DNA of 64,000 nt from Oligoflexales bacterium (GTDB taxonomy: Bacteria; Bdellovibrionota_B; Oligoflexia; Oligoflexales; RGVZ01), in the NCBI GenBank assembly GCA_947479535.1, contig CANJZQ010000009.1:5748-69747 (forward strand), in the 5' to 3' direction. Under the pieces are notes generated by a model. It searched no databases. It was not told where the DNA came from and was given only the letters and a program-made list of their open reading frames with translations. The position numbers were made by a program, and so were the translations under genes. Position 1 is the stretch's first letter. Each line of letters starts with the position of its first letter. Positions 9,738-19,331 of this stretch are shown in pieces.

Positions 9738-10400
9738 TCATGCAGCAATAATCGTTTTTTTTTCAGACCAAGGCAGCCGGTAGAGTTCCCGAAGCGTGGC
9801 CCTCACGTCCGGTTTCCTCATTCCAAAATCGACGCCCTGCGTAAGCAATGGCGCCAGTTTATCCCGCCAGAAGAGATCGAAATAACGGGTGGCTTCCTGG
9901 TAACGCACGATCTCGTCAGGACTGAGTCCCTCTCTAATTTTGAAACCCAGGACTATAAAACGGTGCAAGCCACGTAGTATGATCCGCGCCCCCCGTTCTT
10001 CGACAAGTTCTGACAGGACGATCAGCTTGTCGACTTCGGCCTGCCATTCCAATTCAAGTTGGGTGGTCTCCAGGTTGAACTGTGCCCTCTGGGTTAGCAG
10101 GTGAAAGTGGCTCACCTCTTCAATGATGACGAGCAGTGCTGCGATGCGACGCGAAGAAAAAGGCTCGGATTCCTCATACACTACGGCATGATCTACTGTG
10201 GCCTGGTTGAACTTCAATCCGACATAAAGTTCGTCTTCTTGTACCGCCAGCATTTCCCCCCAAGGCGATGTGTCAGGCTCACTTGGCTCAAGTGCAAGCA
10301 AGCAGTCCCCAGCGCTTATCTCAATTTCGAATCCATAATACGCCGCGAGGATTCCTTCGATCCGTGCGGTGAGTTCTTTTAATTTCATGAGGGGAGTCAC
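9738..10400 (-). CDS. Uncharacterised protein with zincin-like EEVSHF...ELEWQAE motif
   Basis: 220-aa ORF starting 6 nt downstream of its partner gene on the same strand. Confidence 0.8.
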   Translation of the reverse strand: MTPLMKLKELTARIEGILAAYYGFEIEISAGDCLLALEPSEPDTSPWGEMLAVQEDELYVGLKFNQATVDHAVVYEESEPFSSRRIAALLVIIEEVSHFHLLTQRAQFNLETTQLELEWQAEVDKLIVLSELVEERGARIILRGLHRFIVLGFKIREGLSPDEIVRYQEATRYFDLFWRDKLAPLLTQGVDFGMRKPDVRATLRELYRLPWSEKKTIIAA

Positions 10401-10406
10401 GGCCAG

Positions 10407-11027
10407 TCACTGGGCGATCTTGTAGGGTACGTCAACGGGGTCGATGCCCTGCTCGTTTAGAATTTTACGCAACCGGTCGGACTGGCTTCTAGTCCACCGG
10501 TCGTAGATATTCAGAATATCGACGGCGTCTGTGCGCCGGCCCTGCTCGGAGACTTCAGCAACAACATCGACGGCCAAGACAAAATTCCCAGCAAGTGCCG
10601 TCAAGGTTGCCTTGGTCGCTGACTCAGGCAAATTTGGCGTCATGTGTTTGGCTGCCTGCGCGTAACCAGTGCTGCCAAGGGCGATGTAGTAGTCGATGTC
10701 GAACGTCTTGCGGTTGAAGTAATCTTGAAAGAACCCTGTGATGTATAGGCTGGTGTCACCTAGCGCCCGGTATAGGGCGGGCTTTTGGGGGCTCGGCGCC
10801 TCGGATGCATCGCGCAGCATGAAGGCCAGTGGTTTTTCAAAGAAGGCTGGCACCCCCGCCTGCGCGCCAGCCTTAGTCGGCGGCACCGTGATGAAAGAGC
10901 AGAGCAAATTGACCAGATAAAATTCGACCTCTTCAGGCAAATTTACCTTGAGTGTTGCCTTCGCCTGATGGACCCGCTCTTGAAAAAACTCCTGTGGCGT
11001 CGCCGTTAAACGGATTTCTTGAGCCAT
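10407..11027 (-). CDS. Uncharacterised helical protein (GDxxLYxxGFF...YYxxLG motif)
   Basis: ATG at 11027 with a GGAGGG SD; the ORF track extends to 11099. Motifs EVEFYLVNLL and LGDTSLYITGFFQDYFNRK..DIDYYIALG. Confidence 0.85.
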   Translation of the reverse strand: MAQEIRLTATPQEFFQERVHQAKATLKVNLPEEVEFYLVNLLCSFITVPPTKAGAQAGVPAFFEKPLAFMLRDASEAPSPQKPALYRALGDTSLYITGFFQDYFNRKTFDIDYYIALGSTGYAQAAKHMTPNLPESATKATLTALAGNFVLAVDVVAEVSEQGRRTDAVDILNIYDRWTRSQSDRLRKILNEQGIDPVDVPYKIAQ

Positions 11028-11221
11028 GATTCCCTCCACCACTGGCTGGCCGAAAGCCAGCTGAAAACTGGCCAGCCAGCCAATAGTCTTATCGGTCACT
11101 TTCGAGTTTGCTTGAAAGTCCCCTCCTGTCGCGGGGTTGGGACTGCCAATTTGAGAGCATTATTTTTGGAATTTTGACGAAATTTTTCGCTTATAACCTG
11201 TGATATTGGTATTTTGTTCCC

Positions 11222-11614
11222 ATGATGAACGAGACCTCAAAAAAGCCATCAATGCCCCTCGCCTCAGTGGACACATCTGCGTCGGACCGCCTTGGCCTCG
11301 AGGAGATCGTCCATCTAGCGAACAAGGTGGGTTTGGAATATGCAACGGCTAAAAAAGACGCCGACCGCCTGGAACTACTCAAGCCAACAATCAGGGCGCG
11401 CATCATGATTCGTTTGGATGATGGAGTCATGAATGAGACGCGACTGCGCCGCCTGACAGAGACGGACCCAGAATATGTTGAATTTCTGGAAAAGATGGCA
11501 GAGACCCGCGGTGAGGCCGACAAACTTCGCGTACGTTACGAATCCTACAAGAATTTATTCGAAGCCAAGAGAAGCCTTCTCAGTTATCACAAGGCCGAGA
11601 TGAAACTGGTGTGA
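11222..11614 (+). CDS. Hypothetical coiled-coil protein
   Basis: 130-aa helical ORF, divergent from the gene pair, filling the gap before the TPR gene. Confidence 0.8.
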   Translation: MMNETSKKPSMPLASVDTSASDRLGLEEIVHLANKVGLEYATAKKDADRLELLKPTIRARIMIRLDDGVMNETRLRRLTETDPEYVEFLEKMAETRGEADKLRVRYESYKNLFEAKRSLLSYHKAEMKLV

Positions 11615-11620
11615 CCATTT

Positions 11621-12613
11621 TCAATTTCGTGCGGTGTCGAGTTTTTTTCTTGTTTGCTCAAGTTGGGTCAGCAGGTCAGGATCCGTTGCAGCCAGCTTTG
11701 CAAAAATTTCGAAATGTTTCTTGGATTGTGCAACATCACTGGATTCCAGAACTTCTCCCAAAAGAAAATGAGCTTCGGCCATTTCCGGGCGGACCCTGAT
11801 AGCGCGTTCCAAAAATCCGGTCGCCTTGTCCTTTAGCCCCTTCTGGCTGGTGATGCGACCCATTCCGTAAAGAGCGCTGGCCGTGAGGGGGGCGTCGCGC
11901 AGGGCTGCACCATACGCCTCGCTCGCCTTGGCTGTGTTACCGGTTTCGAACAGGATGTCGCCTTCAACACTTTTGAGAAACGGCATGGACTCCTTGTCGG
12001 AATTCTTGATGGCCGAATGGATTGTGTTCAGGGCTTCGTCAAACCGGCGGAGTTTTATCAGGATCCTTGCTGCAATCACTGACGCCTGCGTGTCTTTTGA
12101 ATCAGCCGCCAACAACCTTTGGCTGTTGGTCAGAGCCTCCGAGTAATAGCGGATTTTATAGAAACTCCAGGCCAGAGCCTTCAGTGCGCGCGGATCATTG
12201 CTGCGCGCGCGCAGGGCTTGTTGATAGCGGTAAATTCCGTCGCCATAACGGCCCTCTGCCCGACATGCTTCACCAAGATAAAAGTTCGTGTCAAAATCGG
12301 CGGGGATTTTTTCTGCGGCGATTTCCAGAACCTTGATCGAGTTGTGATAGTCGCCAGTTTTTACCAGCATGATTCCGAGGTTGCGGTTTGCGGCAGCATT
12401 CGTCGGATCGATGGCAAGAGACTTGCGGTATTGGTCGATTGCCTCGCGCAAGAGGCCTTGTTTGGCGTATTCATTTCCCAGGGTGAGCGCAGCTCCTCCC
12501 GATGGTGTTTGGCAGGCAGTGGTTGTTGCCAGGATCGCCGCCACGGCAAAAGCGCGAACATCAATGTAAGTTGTCATGTCGAGAACCCCCATCGCAATGG
12601 AACGATTCTTCAT
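11621..12613 (-). CDS. TPR-repeat lipoprotein
   Basis: Lipobox-like ATTTAC; multiple TPR units (AAANRNLGIML, DTNFYLGEAC, ALYGMG, EAHFLLGEV). Confidence 0.88.
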   Translation of the reverse strand: MKNRSIAMGVLDMTTYIDVRAFAVAAILATTTACQTPSGGAALTLGNEYAKQGLLREAIDQYRKSLAIDPTNAAANRNLGIMLVKTGDYHNSIKVLEIAAEKIPADFDTNFYLGEACRAEGRYGDGIYRYQQALRARSNDPRALKALAWSFYKIRYYSEALTNSQRLLAADSKDTQASVIAARILIKLRRFDEALNTIHSAIKNSDKESMPFLKSVEGDILFETGNTAKASEAYGAALRDAPLTASALYGMGRITSQKGLKDKATGFLERAIRVRPEMAEAHFLLGEVLESSDVAQSKKHFEIFAKLAATDPDLLTQLEQTRKKLDTARN

Positions 12614-12637
12614 ATTGTAGCAATGACAGAGGGGAAC

Positions 12638-12967
12638 TTACAGGTTGTCTCTGATGTAGCGCTCTTCGTAGAGGGACCAGCAGCGGTCGTCTCCCGAATA
12701 AAATGCCAAGACCACCTGATTGTATTGGGTGTCTTTGTATTTTGCGATTTTATACACATAGTAGCGTAGTTTTGCAGAGCCACTGCGGCCACTGACCATC
12801 CGGTCGGGCGTCGGCATGAAGTCATCAAGAAAATAACATTCGTTCGGTGTATTCTTCAGAAATGGAAGTGCCACCGGTTCTTCTGGTTTTACGGCAACGC
12901 TGGTTTGACAGCCGGCGACGAGGGTCAGCGAGCAAACCAGGTAAAACAGCAGCGATGTTTTCTGCAT
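12638..12967 (-). CDS. Hypothetical small lipoprotein
   Basis: MQKTSLLFYLVCSLTLVAGC lipoprotein signal; same strand as, and just upstream of, the TPR gene. Confidence 0.7.
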   Translation of the reverse strand: MQKTSLLFYLVCSLTLVAGCQTSVAVKPEEPVALPFLKNTPNECYFLDDFMPTPDRMVSGRSGSAKLRYYVYKIAKYKDTQYNQVVLAFYSGDDRCWSLYEERYIRDNL

Positions 12968-12995
12968 ATTTCTCATCACCCGGAGATTCGGCGTC

Positions 12996-13988
12996 ATGAT
13001 GGCAAAGGTTAATCCCTTGCAGTCCGGTTGGATTGGAATTTCATCAATTCCAAGTAAGTTCATCCGTATTTTCGGGCTGGTCCCAGTCAGCATTTTTTTT
13101 CAAGCATCATGCACAGCACCTGTAAAGAAGGTCGAACATAGCTGGGCAGTCCTGGATACCAGTCGTGATTTGGAGTGTTCCCCATGGCCGGGGGTCGAAG
13201 AAATGGCCATCGTATCGGAGGTCGTGTTCCATCAGTCTGCGGCTGGGGAAATTATGGCTGCAGGCACCGGACTTGATCGCAGTGGCAAGGCCGCCATGTT
13301 TGTTTCCCCGATCTCAAAGGGCAGTTCTACTGAAGCGGTGATGACCAGCTATAAAGGAGCACCGCCGCGCCTGTTTCGTGGGTCGTGTCCGTTGCAGGTG
13401 CCCGCTTCGGGTCCTGTTTCAAGGCTGGAATGGGGCGCGCCCGAGAATGGCAGCTGTTTTGTCCTTGGAAGTGACGCAGGTGATCCGCTGGGGTGGAAGG
13501 TTTCGTGGGCGAAGGTCGTTTCAACAAATGTTATTGATTCCGGGATGTTGAATGTGAAAATGACCTCCCCGATTGAAAGCGCAACGGCACTTCCATCCAA
13601 AGAAGGGGTTTTCTTGGCAGCCGTGACCGGGGATAGCCTTATCGGTGATGCCAACCTGGAAGTTTTTTTCTTTCGATTAGGACGATCCAATCCCGTTTGG
13701 TCCAAGGTGCTCAAATTGCCGCACACGCATTTGGGGGATCCAGTCCTGGTGCCCGATGGAGCCATGGGCCATGCGGTCCTCACGGTTCCAAAATGGGTTG
13801 ACCTTGAGAGCACCCTTGGGACATACAGGCTGAGCCCAGAAGGCCTGGTGGCATCTGCCAATCAGGGAATTTTCCCTGCTGCATCTGTGGTGGTTGATAC
13901 CGCTGAAATCACAGGCGGCGCCGCGGTCATGATCCGCAGCCGGACCAAGGACAAATGGCGATACAAACTTTGCGAAATGAAATGGTAG
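12996..13988 (+). CDS. Hypothetical lipoprotein, beta-rich
   Basis: 330-aa ORF with lipobox-like FFQASC; overlaps the start of the UbiA gene. Confidence 0.7.
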   Translation: MMAKVNPLQSGWIGISSIPSKFIRIFGLVPVSIFFQASCTAPVKKVEHSWAVLDTSRDLECSPWPGVEEMAIVSEVVFHQSAAGEIMAAGTGLDRSGKAAMFVSPISKGSSTEAVMTSYKGAPPRLFRGSCPLQVPASGPVSRLEWGAPENGSCFVLGSDAGDPLGWKVSWAKVVSTNVIDSGMLNVKMTSPIESATALPSKEGVFLAAVTGDSLIGDANLEVFFFRLGRSNPVWSKVLKLPHTHLGDPVLVPDGAMGHAVLTVPKWVDLESTLGTYRLSPEGLVASANQGIFPAASVVVDTAEITGGAAVMIRSRTKDKWRYKLCEMKW

Positions 13989-14887
13989 ATGGCAGCCCAG
14001 GGTGGAACCGTATCCTGAGGGCTTTTTCTGCTGACATCAAACTCGCCCATTCCGTTTTTGCCATGCCTTTTGCCGTTGTCGGCCTGGTGCTTTCGGGCGC
14101 AGGTTGGCCAAGCTTTCGCCAGGCATTGTTTTTGTTGGTGGCAATGGTCTCGGCACGCAGTTTTGCCATGGGTATGAACCGGTACCTTGACGCTGACATT
14201 GATTCCCTCAATGAGCGCACAGCTTTAAGAGCAATTCCAGCAGGCCGGATTCACCGTCGCCAAAGCCTTGCCATTAGTTTGGCTGCGGCAGCTGTTTTTT
14301 TAGCAGCGGCATTCGGGCTGTCGATGATGTGCGGTTTTCTTGGTGTACCGCTGCTAGTGATCTTGGCCTTTTATTCTCAGATGAAGCGGATTGGCTGGAT
14401 GACTCACTTTTATCTTGGTCTTTGCCTTGCACTTGCCCCGGTGGCTGTATCGATTGCATTGATGGGTTCAGTTCCCGTGGCCACTCTTTTGGTGGCGGCT
14501 GCAGTAACCTTCTGGACCGCAGGTTTTGACATCCTTTATTCCTTGCAGGACCGGACGTTCGATCAGGCGCATGGTCTGGCCAGCATTCCAGCCAGATTTG
14601 GCGCACGCAATTCATTATGGATCAGTCGGTTTTGTTTTTCTGTCATGATGATCTTGTTGGCGGCTGCGGGGCAAACTTCTGGTGCCGGAATTTTTTGGTA
14701 TGCGGCATTGGTCGCAGTTTCGGCCCTGCTGTTCTGGGAACACTGGATCCTTCGCGACACAGCTGAACAGGTTGATGGTCGTTTGATTGACAAGGCTTTT
14801 TTTACAGCCAACGCCTGGATCAGTGTGGTTTTCTGCGCCGGCGTCTTGGTTGACCGGTTGGCTTCGACCTGGGGGAAAATTCCGTGA
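13982..14887 (+). CDS. UbiA-family polyprenyltransferase (MqnP-like)
   Basis: IKLAHSVFAMPF, ARSFAMGMNRYLDADID..NERT..R, WTAGFDILYSLQD..FD, AFFTAN. Confidence 0.9.
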   Translation: MVDGSPGWNRILRAFSADIKLAHSVFAMPFAVVGLVLSGAGWPSFRQALFLLVAMVSARSFAMGMNRYLDADIDSLNERTALRAIPAGRIHRRQSLAISLAAAAVFLAAAFGLSMMCGFLGVPLLVILAFYSQMKRIGWMTHFYLGLCLALAPVAVSIALMGSVPVATLLVAAAVTFWTAGFDILYSLQDRTFDQAHGLASIPARFGARNSLWISRFCFSVMMILLAAAGQTSGAGIFWYAALVAVSALLFWEHWILRDTAEQVDGRLIDKAFFTANAWISVVFCAGVLVDRLASTWGKIP

Positions 14888-15528
14888 CGATAAAAGCGAC
14901 CACAAATTCCGTCCCAGAACGCCGTGTGATGATCGCTGTTACCGGTGCCTCAGGCAGTATTTACGCAGAGCGCTTGATCCAGCAATGCCTGAGCCGTTTC
15001 CCGCGAGTTTACATTGTGGCAACGGATGCGGCGCGGCAGGTGGTTGACCATGAACTTCCAGAAATTTCTTCGAATGGCGGCATCTCGCTGCGTCAAATCC
15101 TGGCAGGGGATATTCCAGAAGCTCACCGCGAAGTGATTCGTTTATTGAAAAATGACGATCTTTTTGCACCAGTGGCCAGCGGATCCTCTGCGCCAACAGA
15201 CATGATTGTCGTGCCGTGCTCGATGGGTTCTCTCGCCCGCATTGCCCAAGGTTTATCGAGTAACCTGCTGGAGCGTGCAGCAGATGTTGTGTTGAAGCAA
15301 CGGCGCCGGCTGATCATGGTTCCCCGTGAAACACCACTCAACGCCATTCACCTGCGCAACATGCTGACTCTGAGTGAGATGGGTGTGGATATTGTTCCCG
15401 CGATGCCAGCCTTTTACCAGCATCCCAAGACCATCGATGACATGGTTGATTTTGTGGTGGGCAGAATTCTAGAACTTCTCGATGTCGAGCACAGCCTCTA
15501 CCGTCGCTGGAATTCCAGGATGCGCTGA
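14884..15528 (+). CDS. ubiX: UbiX-family flavin prenyltransferase
   Basis: VTGASGSIY, APVASGS, VPCSMG, RAADVVLK, PRETPL, PAFY. Confidence 0.93.
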   Translation: MTIKATTNSVPERRVMIAVTGASGSIYAERLIQQCLSRFPRVYIVATDAARQVVDHELPEISSNGGISLRQILAGDIPEAHREVIRLLKNDDLFAPVASGSSAPTDMIVVPCSMGSLARIAQGLSSNLLERAADVVLKQRRRLIMVPRETPLNAIHLRNMLTLSEMGVDIVPAMPAFYQHPKTIDDMVDFVVGRILELLDVEHSLYRRWNSRMR

Positions 15529-15532
15529 TTTT

Positions 15533-16768
15533 TTACAAAACGGTTTTTGCCTTGAAACCAGCGGTGTGCAGCGCTGCGAGGATTGCCTCCTGCTGCTGCC
15601 GGTCCGTCGTCTCAAGATCCACGTCAATCCGCACTTCATCATAATAGGACATGCCAAACATCCGGTTGTGTTCCACTTCGACCAGATTTCCGCCTTGGGT
15701 GCTCAGGATGTTGAGAAATTCAACCAGCTTTCCCGGGCGGTCTTCGATGACGCACGTCAAACGCATGAAACGGCCTGAGCGCAAAAGCCCCTTGGTGGTG
15801 ATTCGTTGCAGCAGGTTCGTATCAATGTTTCCGCCAGAGACAATGCATACGACCGAGGGCGCAGTCCCCTTGGGAAGTGCAGGAGACAGCAAATCTTCCT
15901 TTGATAACTTGATCAGGGCTGCCGCTGTGACGGCTCCGCAGCCCTCGGCCAGCAAATGATCGCGTTCCATAAGGCCCATGAGCGCATCGGCAATTTCATC
16001 TTCAGTAACCAGGACGACCTGGTCGACGTACTTTTGGATCATGCTAAAAGTAAGTTCGCTCGGTTGTTTGACGGCGATGCCGTCGGCAATCGTCCTATGG
16101 AGGCTTGAAGGCACAATTTTTCCGGCGGCCAGGCTTTTCACCACAGACGGATAGGCTTCCGTTTGGACCCCGATCACTTTTACGTTGGGAAACTTTGTCT
16201 TGTAGGCACAGGCAATCCCGCTGATCAAACCTCCACCTCCAATGGGAACAATGATGGTGGTTGCATCGGGAACTTGGTCGAATAATTCAAGTGCCACGGT
16301 TCCTTGCCCGGCAATAATCATTGGGTCGTCAAAGGCATGGATGAAGTGGCCGCCAGTTTTCTCCTGAAATTCCTTTGCGGCTGCAAAGGCAGCATCATAG
16401 CTTTCGCCACTCAAGTTGATGGTAGCCCCGAGGTTTTTTGTCGACTGCGCCTTTACCATCGGTGTTCTTGCCGGCATGAAGATCGTTGCCTGAACGCCAA
16501 GGCGCTTGCAAATGTGGGCCACACCCTGGGCGTGATTACCAGCGCTGGCGGCGATGACCCCTTTTTCAAGGCTCTTTCGCGAGGCAGACAACAGGGCGTT
16601 GGATGCTCCCCGAATTTTAAAAGATCCCGAGAGGTTCAAATTTTCCAGCTTCAAGTGGACTTTGAAGTTCGTTAAATCTTCCAAGAAATAGGAACGCTTT
16701 ACGGGGGTTGCGGCGACGATTTCGCGGACGCGGGCCCATGCCTGTTCGATTTGTGTGATGCCAATCAT
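15533..16768 (-). CDS. ilvA: Threonine ammonia-lyase with C-terminal ACT domain
   Basis: KLENLNLSGSFKIRGA (PLP Lys), ASAGNHAQG, PIGGGGL, SGGN, ACT motif DRPGKL. Likely ATG at 16768. Confidence 0.93.
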   Translation of the reverse strand: MIGITQIEQAWARVREIVAATPVKRSYFLEDLTNFKVHLKLENLNLSGSFKIRGASNALLSASRKSLEKGVIAASAGNHAQGVAHICKRLGVQATIFMPARTPMVKAQSTKNLGATINLSGESYDAAFAAAKEFQEKTGGHFIHAFDDPMIIAGQGTVALELFDQVPDATTIIVPIGGGGLISGIACAYKTKFPNVKVIGVQTEAYPSVVKSLAAGKIVPSSLHRTIADGIAVKQPSELTFSMIQKYVDQVVLVTEDEIADALMGLMERDHLLAEGCGAVTAAALIKLSKEDLLSPALPKGTAPSVVCIVSGGNIDTNLLQRITTKGLLRSGRFMRLTCVIEDRPGKLVEFLNILSTQGGNLVEVEHNRMFGMSYYDEVRIDVDLETTDRQQQEAILAALHTAGFKAKTVL

Positions 16769-16868
16769 GTTGCCCTGCGCCATTGCTGAAGGTGGGTATT
16801 TAAGGCACTTCAGGATAAAATAACTATCAAAGCTTCTCAACTTTACAGCGACTTTTTAGAGGTTCGCA

Positions 16869-17666
16869 ATGTCTGTCGTGTGGATCGTTGAAAACCCGGC
16901 AGCTGGAACCGCGCGTATCACAAACTTGTTGTGCGGGTTTATTGCCGTCCGGGCCTTTGCCACGGTGCGTTCCATGCTAAGGGTCGCGCTATGCGAGCCG
17001 CATTCGGCTGGAATCACTCCAAGCATCGTTTTGCTCGAGGATCATTGCACTGCCGGATCCAGGTCGCTGGAGAAGGTCGTTGCTGAAGTACGGGGTGTGC
17101 TCACTAGAAATGGTTGGGATGGGGTCCAGATCGTCATGGTGGATAGCCGTGACGGCGCGTCTGGCACCGAGGATCCTGGAATTTCCCGCCATGTGAAGAT
17201 TGAGAATTTGGTTGATTGCATTCGTCAGCTCACTTCATATGCATCCAATTCGACATTGACTGGAAGTCGGCAGTTGCAAGAAGGCGACCTGAGGCTCGAT
17301 CTCGATGCGGGTAAGGTGACCTGCCTGGCCTGCGGGCAGCACGACACCTTGTCCCCAACCGAGACGCGCCTCCTTCGACTCCTTCTCGAGAACCGTGACC
17401 GTGTGGTCACCCGCTCTGAGGTCATTGGCAAGGTCTGGAACGGCACTAAAATCGCAACCCGAAGTTTAGATGCGCACATATCCCGCCTGCGCAAGCGGAT
17501 TGGATTCACGGGCATTTTGCTGGAATCAGCTTACGGCGATGGCTACCGTCTCTCGACAGGAAGCGGTTGCGAGGCAGCCAGTGGCCGCATAACTGCCTCG
17601 CGTGGCGGTTCGACCGGTATTAGTCGCACGGCAGCAAGGGCAAAAGCAAATGCATGGCCACGCTGA
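16869..17666 (+). CDS. OmpR-family winged-helix regulator with atypical receiver domain
   Basis: LSPTETRLLRLL, VVTRSEVIGKVW, TRSLDAHISRLRKRI, YGDGYRL. Confidence 0.85.
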   Translation: MSVVWIVENPAAGTARITNLLCGFIAVRAFATVRSMLRVALCEPHSAGITPSIVLLEDHCTAGSRSLEKVVAEVRGVLTRNGWDGVQIVMVDSRDGASGTEDPGISRHVKIENLVDCIRQLTSYASNSTLTGSRQLQEGDLRLDLDAGKVTCLACGQHDTLSPTETRLLRLLLENRDRVVTRSEVIGKVWNGTKIATRSLDAHISRLRKRIGFTGILLESAYGDGYRLSTGSGCEAASGRITASRGGSTGISRTAARAKANAWPR

Positions 17667-17756
17667 AGTATTCGGAATAATTGAACTAATTTATTTTTAA
17701 AGCCACCTTCGGCGTTAACTTTGGCCACATCTGGCTGCCTTTGGAGTCCACGCACC

Positions 17757-19316
17757 ATGTTTGAAAAGCGTGACGAAATCGCCCTGCTATTTGTCGATGA
17801 TGATCCTTTTTTGAGGGACAAGGTCAAAGCGGAGCTTGATGGGGCACAGGCTTTTGATGGGCGCAATTTCACGGTGCGCCTTTGTGCGAGTTCGGCAGAG
17901 GCAAAAGGTCAGGCCGATTCATTGGGAAAGGACCGGCGAGGGGATTTCATCGCTCTAGTGGACCTTTCACTGAATGATGGTGATGACGCCGATGCCGCGA
18001 TTAAAGGGTCTGGCATCCGACTCATTCGAACCATTCGTGACCGTCACCCCTTGGCTTGTATCATTGCCTTCTCTGATTTTGATGATCCACGAACGGTGCG
18101 TGAGTGCCTTCTGTCTGGTGCTGACGATTTTGTTTCAAAGAAGTCTGAAGGCAGCGAGCTTATCCACAGGATCAACATGGCCGGCAATGTTTTGCGCCAG
18201 CACGCCCCGACATCCACTCATGGGACCGTCGGTGGATCTTCCGTGATCCATCGCAGTCCGACGATGGATGCGTTGGCAAGGCGTGGTGCGAGGATCGTTC
18301 CCTCGGCCGTATCCTCGATTTTGGTTTATGGTGAATCGGGTACGGGAAAAGAAGTGGTCGCCGACGTGTTTGCAGACCTCGTGGGCAAGTCCAGGCCGTT
18401 TCTCCGGGTAAACTGCGGAGCGATTGCTCCGACCTTGCTTGAAAGTGAATTGTTTGGGCACATGCGCGGCGCTTTTACCGGTGCCGTTTCAGATCGTCGA
18501 GGTTTTTTTGAAGCGGCATCCGGAGGCTGGATTTTTCTTGATGAAGTGGCCACCCTGACGCCCTCGGCCCAAGTGGCTCTGCTGCGGGTGCTGGAAAATC
18601 ATGAAGTGGTGCGACTTGGTTCCTCGAAGCCGGTCCCAGTGGATGTTCGTATCATTGCTGCGACCAACGAAAAACTCGATCAATTGGTCGCCTCGGGCAG
18701 GTTCAGGAAGGATTTATGGCAAAGATTGCGCGAGGTCGAAATTGAACTGCCCGCACTGAGAGAGCGCCAGGGAGAAATTCCAGGATTGGTTCAGCACTTT
18801 TGCAAAATCATGCCGGGTGGCCCTTATGAGGTAACTCAGACCGTCATGGATATTCTTGTTGCTGCTCCTTGGTCAGATGGGAATGTGCGCGAGCTGCGCA
18901 ATTGCCTTCGCGCCATGACGGAGTTTGCAACTCCAGATCGCCGGTTGACCCCACTGGCGTTGCCGAAGTGGTTGTGGTCTGACGATGGAAGAGATGATCA
19001 AGAGGCTGGGCTTAAGGTGACGGATCTCATCGAAGGTGGCGTTTCGCTGACGGACGTCCCCAGGTCGATGCAGATCGACATACCGGTGGCGGTGGCAAAT
19101 CCCTATCAGTACGACGACATTTGTGACCTGGCGCTGATCGCACTGGTGCGGAGAATTTTTAGAGAACGGGGAAAGGTTTCCCTGCGCTCCCTCTCGCGCC
19201 TTATCGGTTTATCGCGGGGAACAATCACTTTGAAATTGCGTGCTGCAATGGACAAAAACCTTGTCGGAATTGACGAGATTCAGAGTTTATTTGCCATGCA
19301 GGCGAAAGATGAATGA
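17757..19316 (+). CDS. Sigma-54-dependent response regulator (REC-AAA+)
   Basis: FVDDD receiver motif, GESGTGKE, ESELFGH..GAFTGA, FLDEV, GNVRELRN. Confidence 0.93.
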   Translation: MFEKRDEIALLFVDDDPFLRDKVKAELDGAQAFDGRNFTVRLCASSAEAKGQADSLGKDRRGDFIALVDLSLNDGDDADAAIKGSGIRLIRTIRDRHPLACIIAFSDFDDPRTVRECLLSGADDFVSKKSEGSELIHRINMAGNVLRQHAPTSTHGTVGGSSVIHRSPTMDALARRGARIVPSAVSSILVYGESGTGKEVVADVFADLVGKSRPFLRVNCGAIAPTLLESELFGHMRGAFTGAVSDRRGFFEAASGGWIFLDEVATLTPSAQVALLRVLENHEVVRLGSSKPVPVDVRIIAATNEKLDQLVASGRFRKDLWQRLREVEIELPALRERQGEIPGLVQHFCKIMPGGPYEVTQTVMDILVAAPWSDGNVRELRNCLRAMTEFATPDRRLTPLALPKWLWSDDGRDDQEAGLKVTDLIEGGVSLTDVPRSMQIDIPVAVANPYQYDDICDLALIALVRRIFRERGKVSLRSLSRLIGLSRGTITLKLRAAMDKNLVGIDEIQSLFAMQAKDE

Positions 19317-19331
19317 CCCATCCGGTCATTT

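Noticed and set aside
11135-11152. TTGGCAGTC on the minus strand as a CIRCE half-site
   Set aside because: The second arm (GAGTGCTAA at N9 spacing) is absent.
18160-18168. Perfect DnaA box TTATCCACA
   Set aside because: A single copy inside a CDS, with no cluster or AT-rich unwinding element; compatible with chance.
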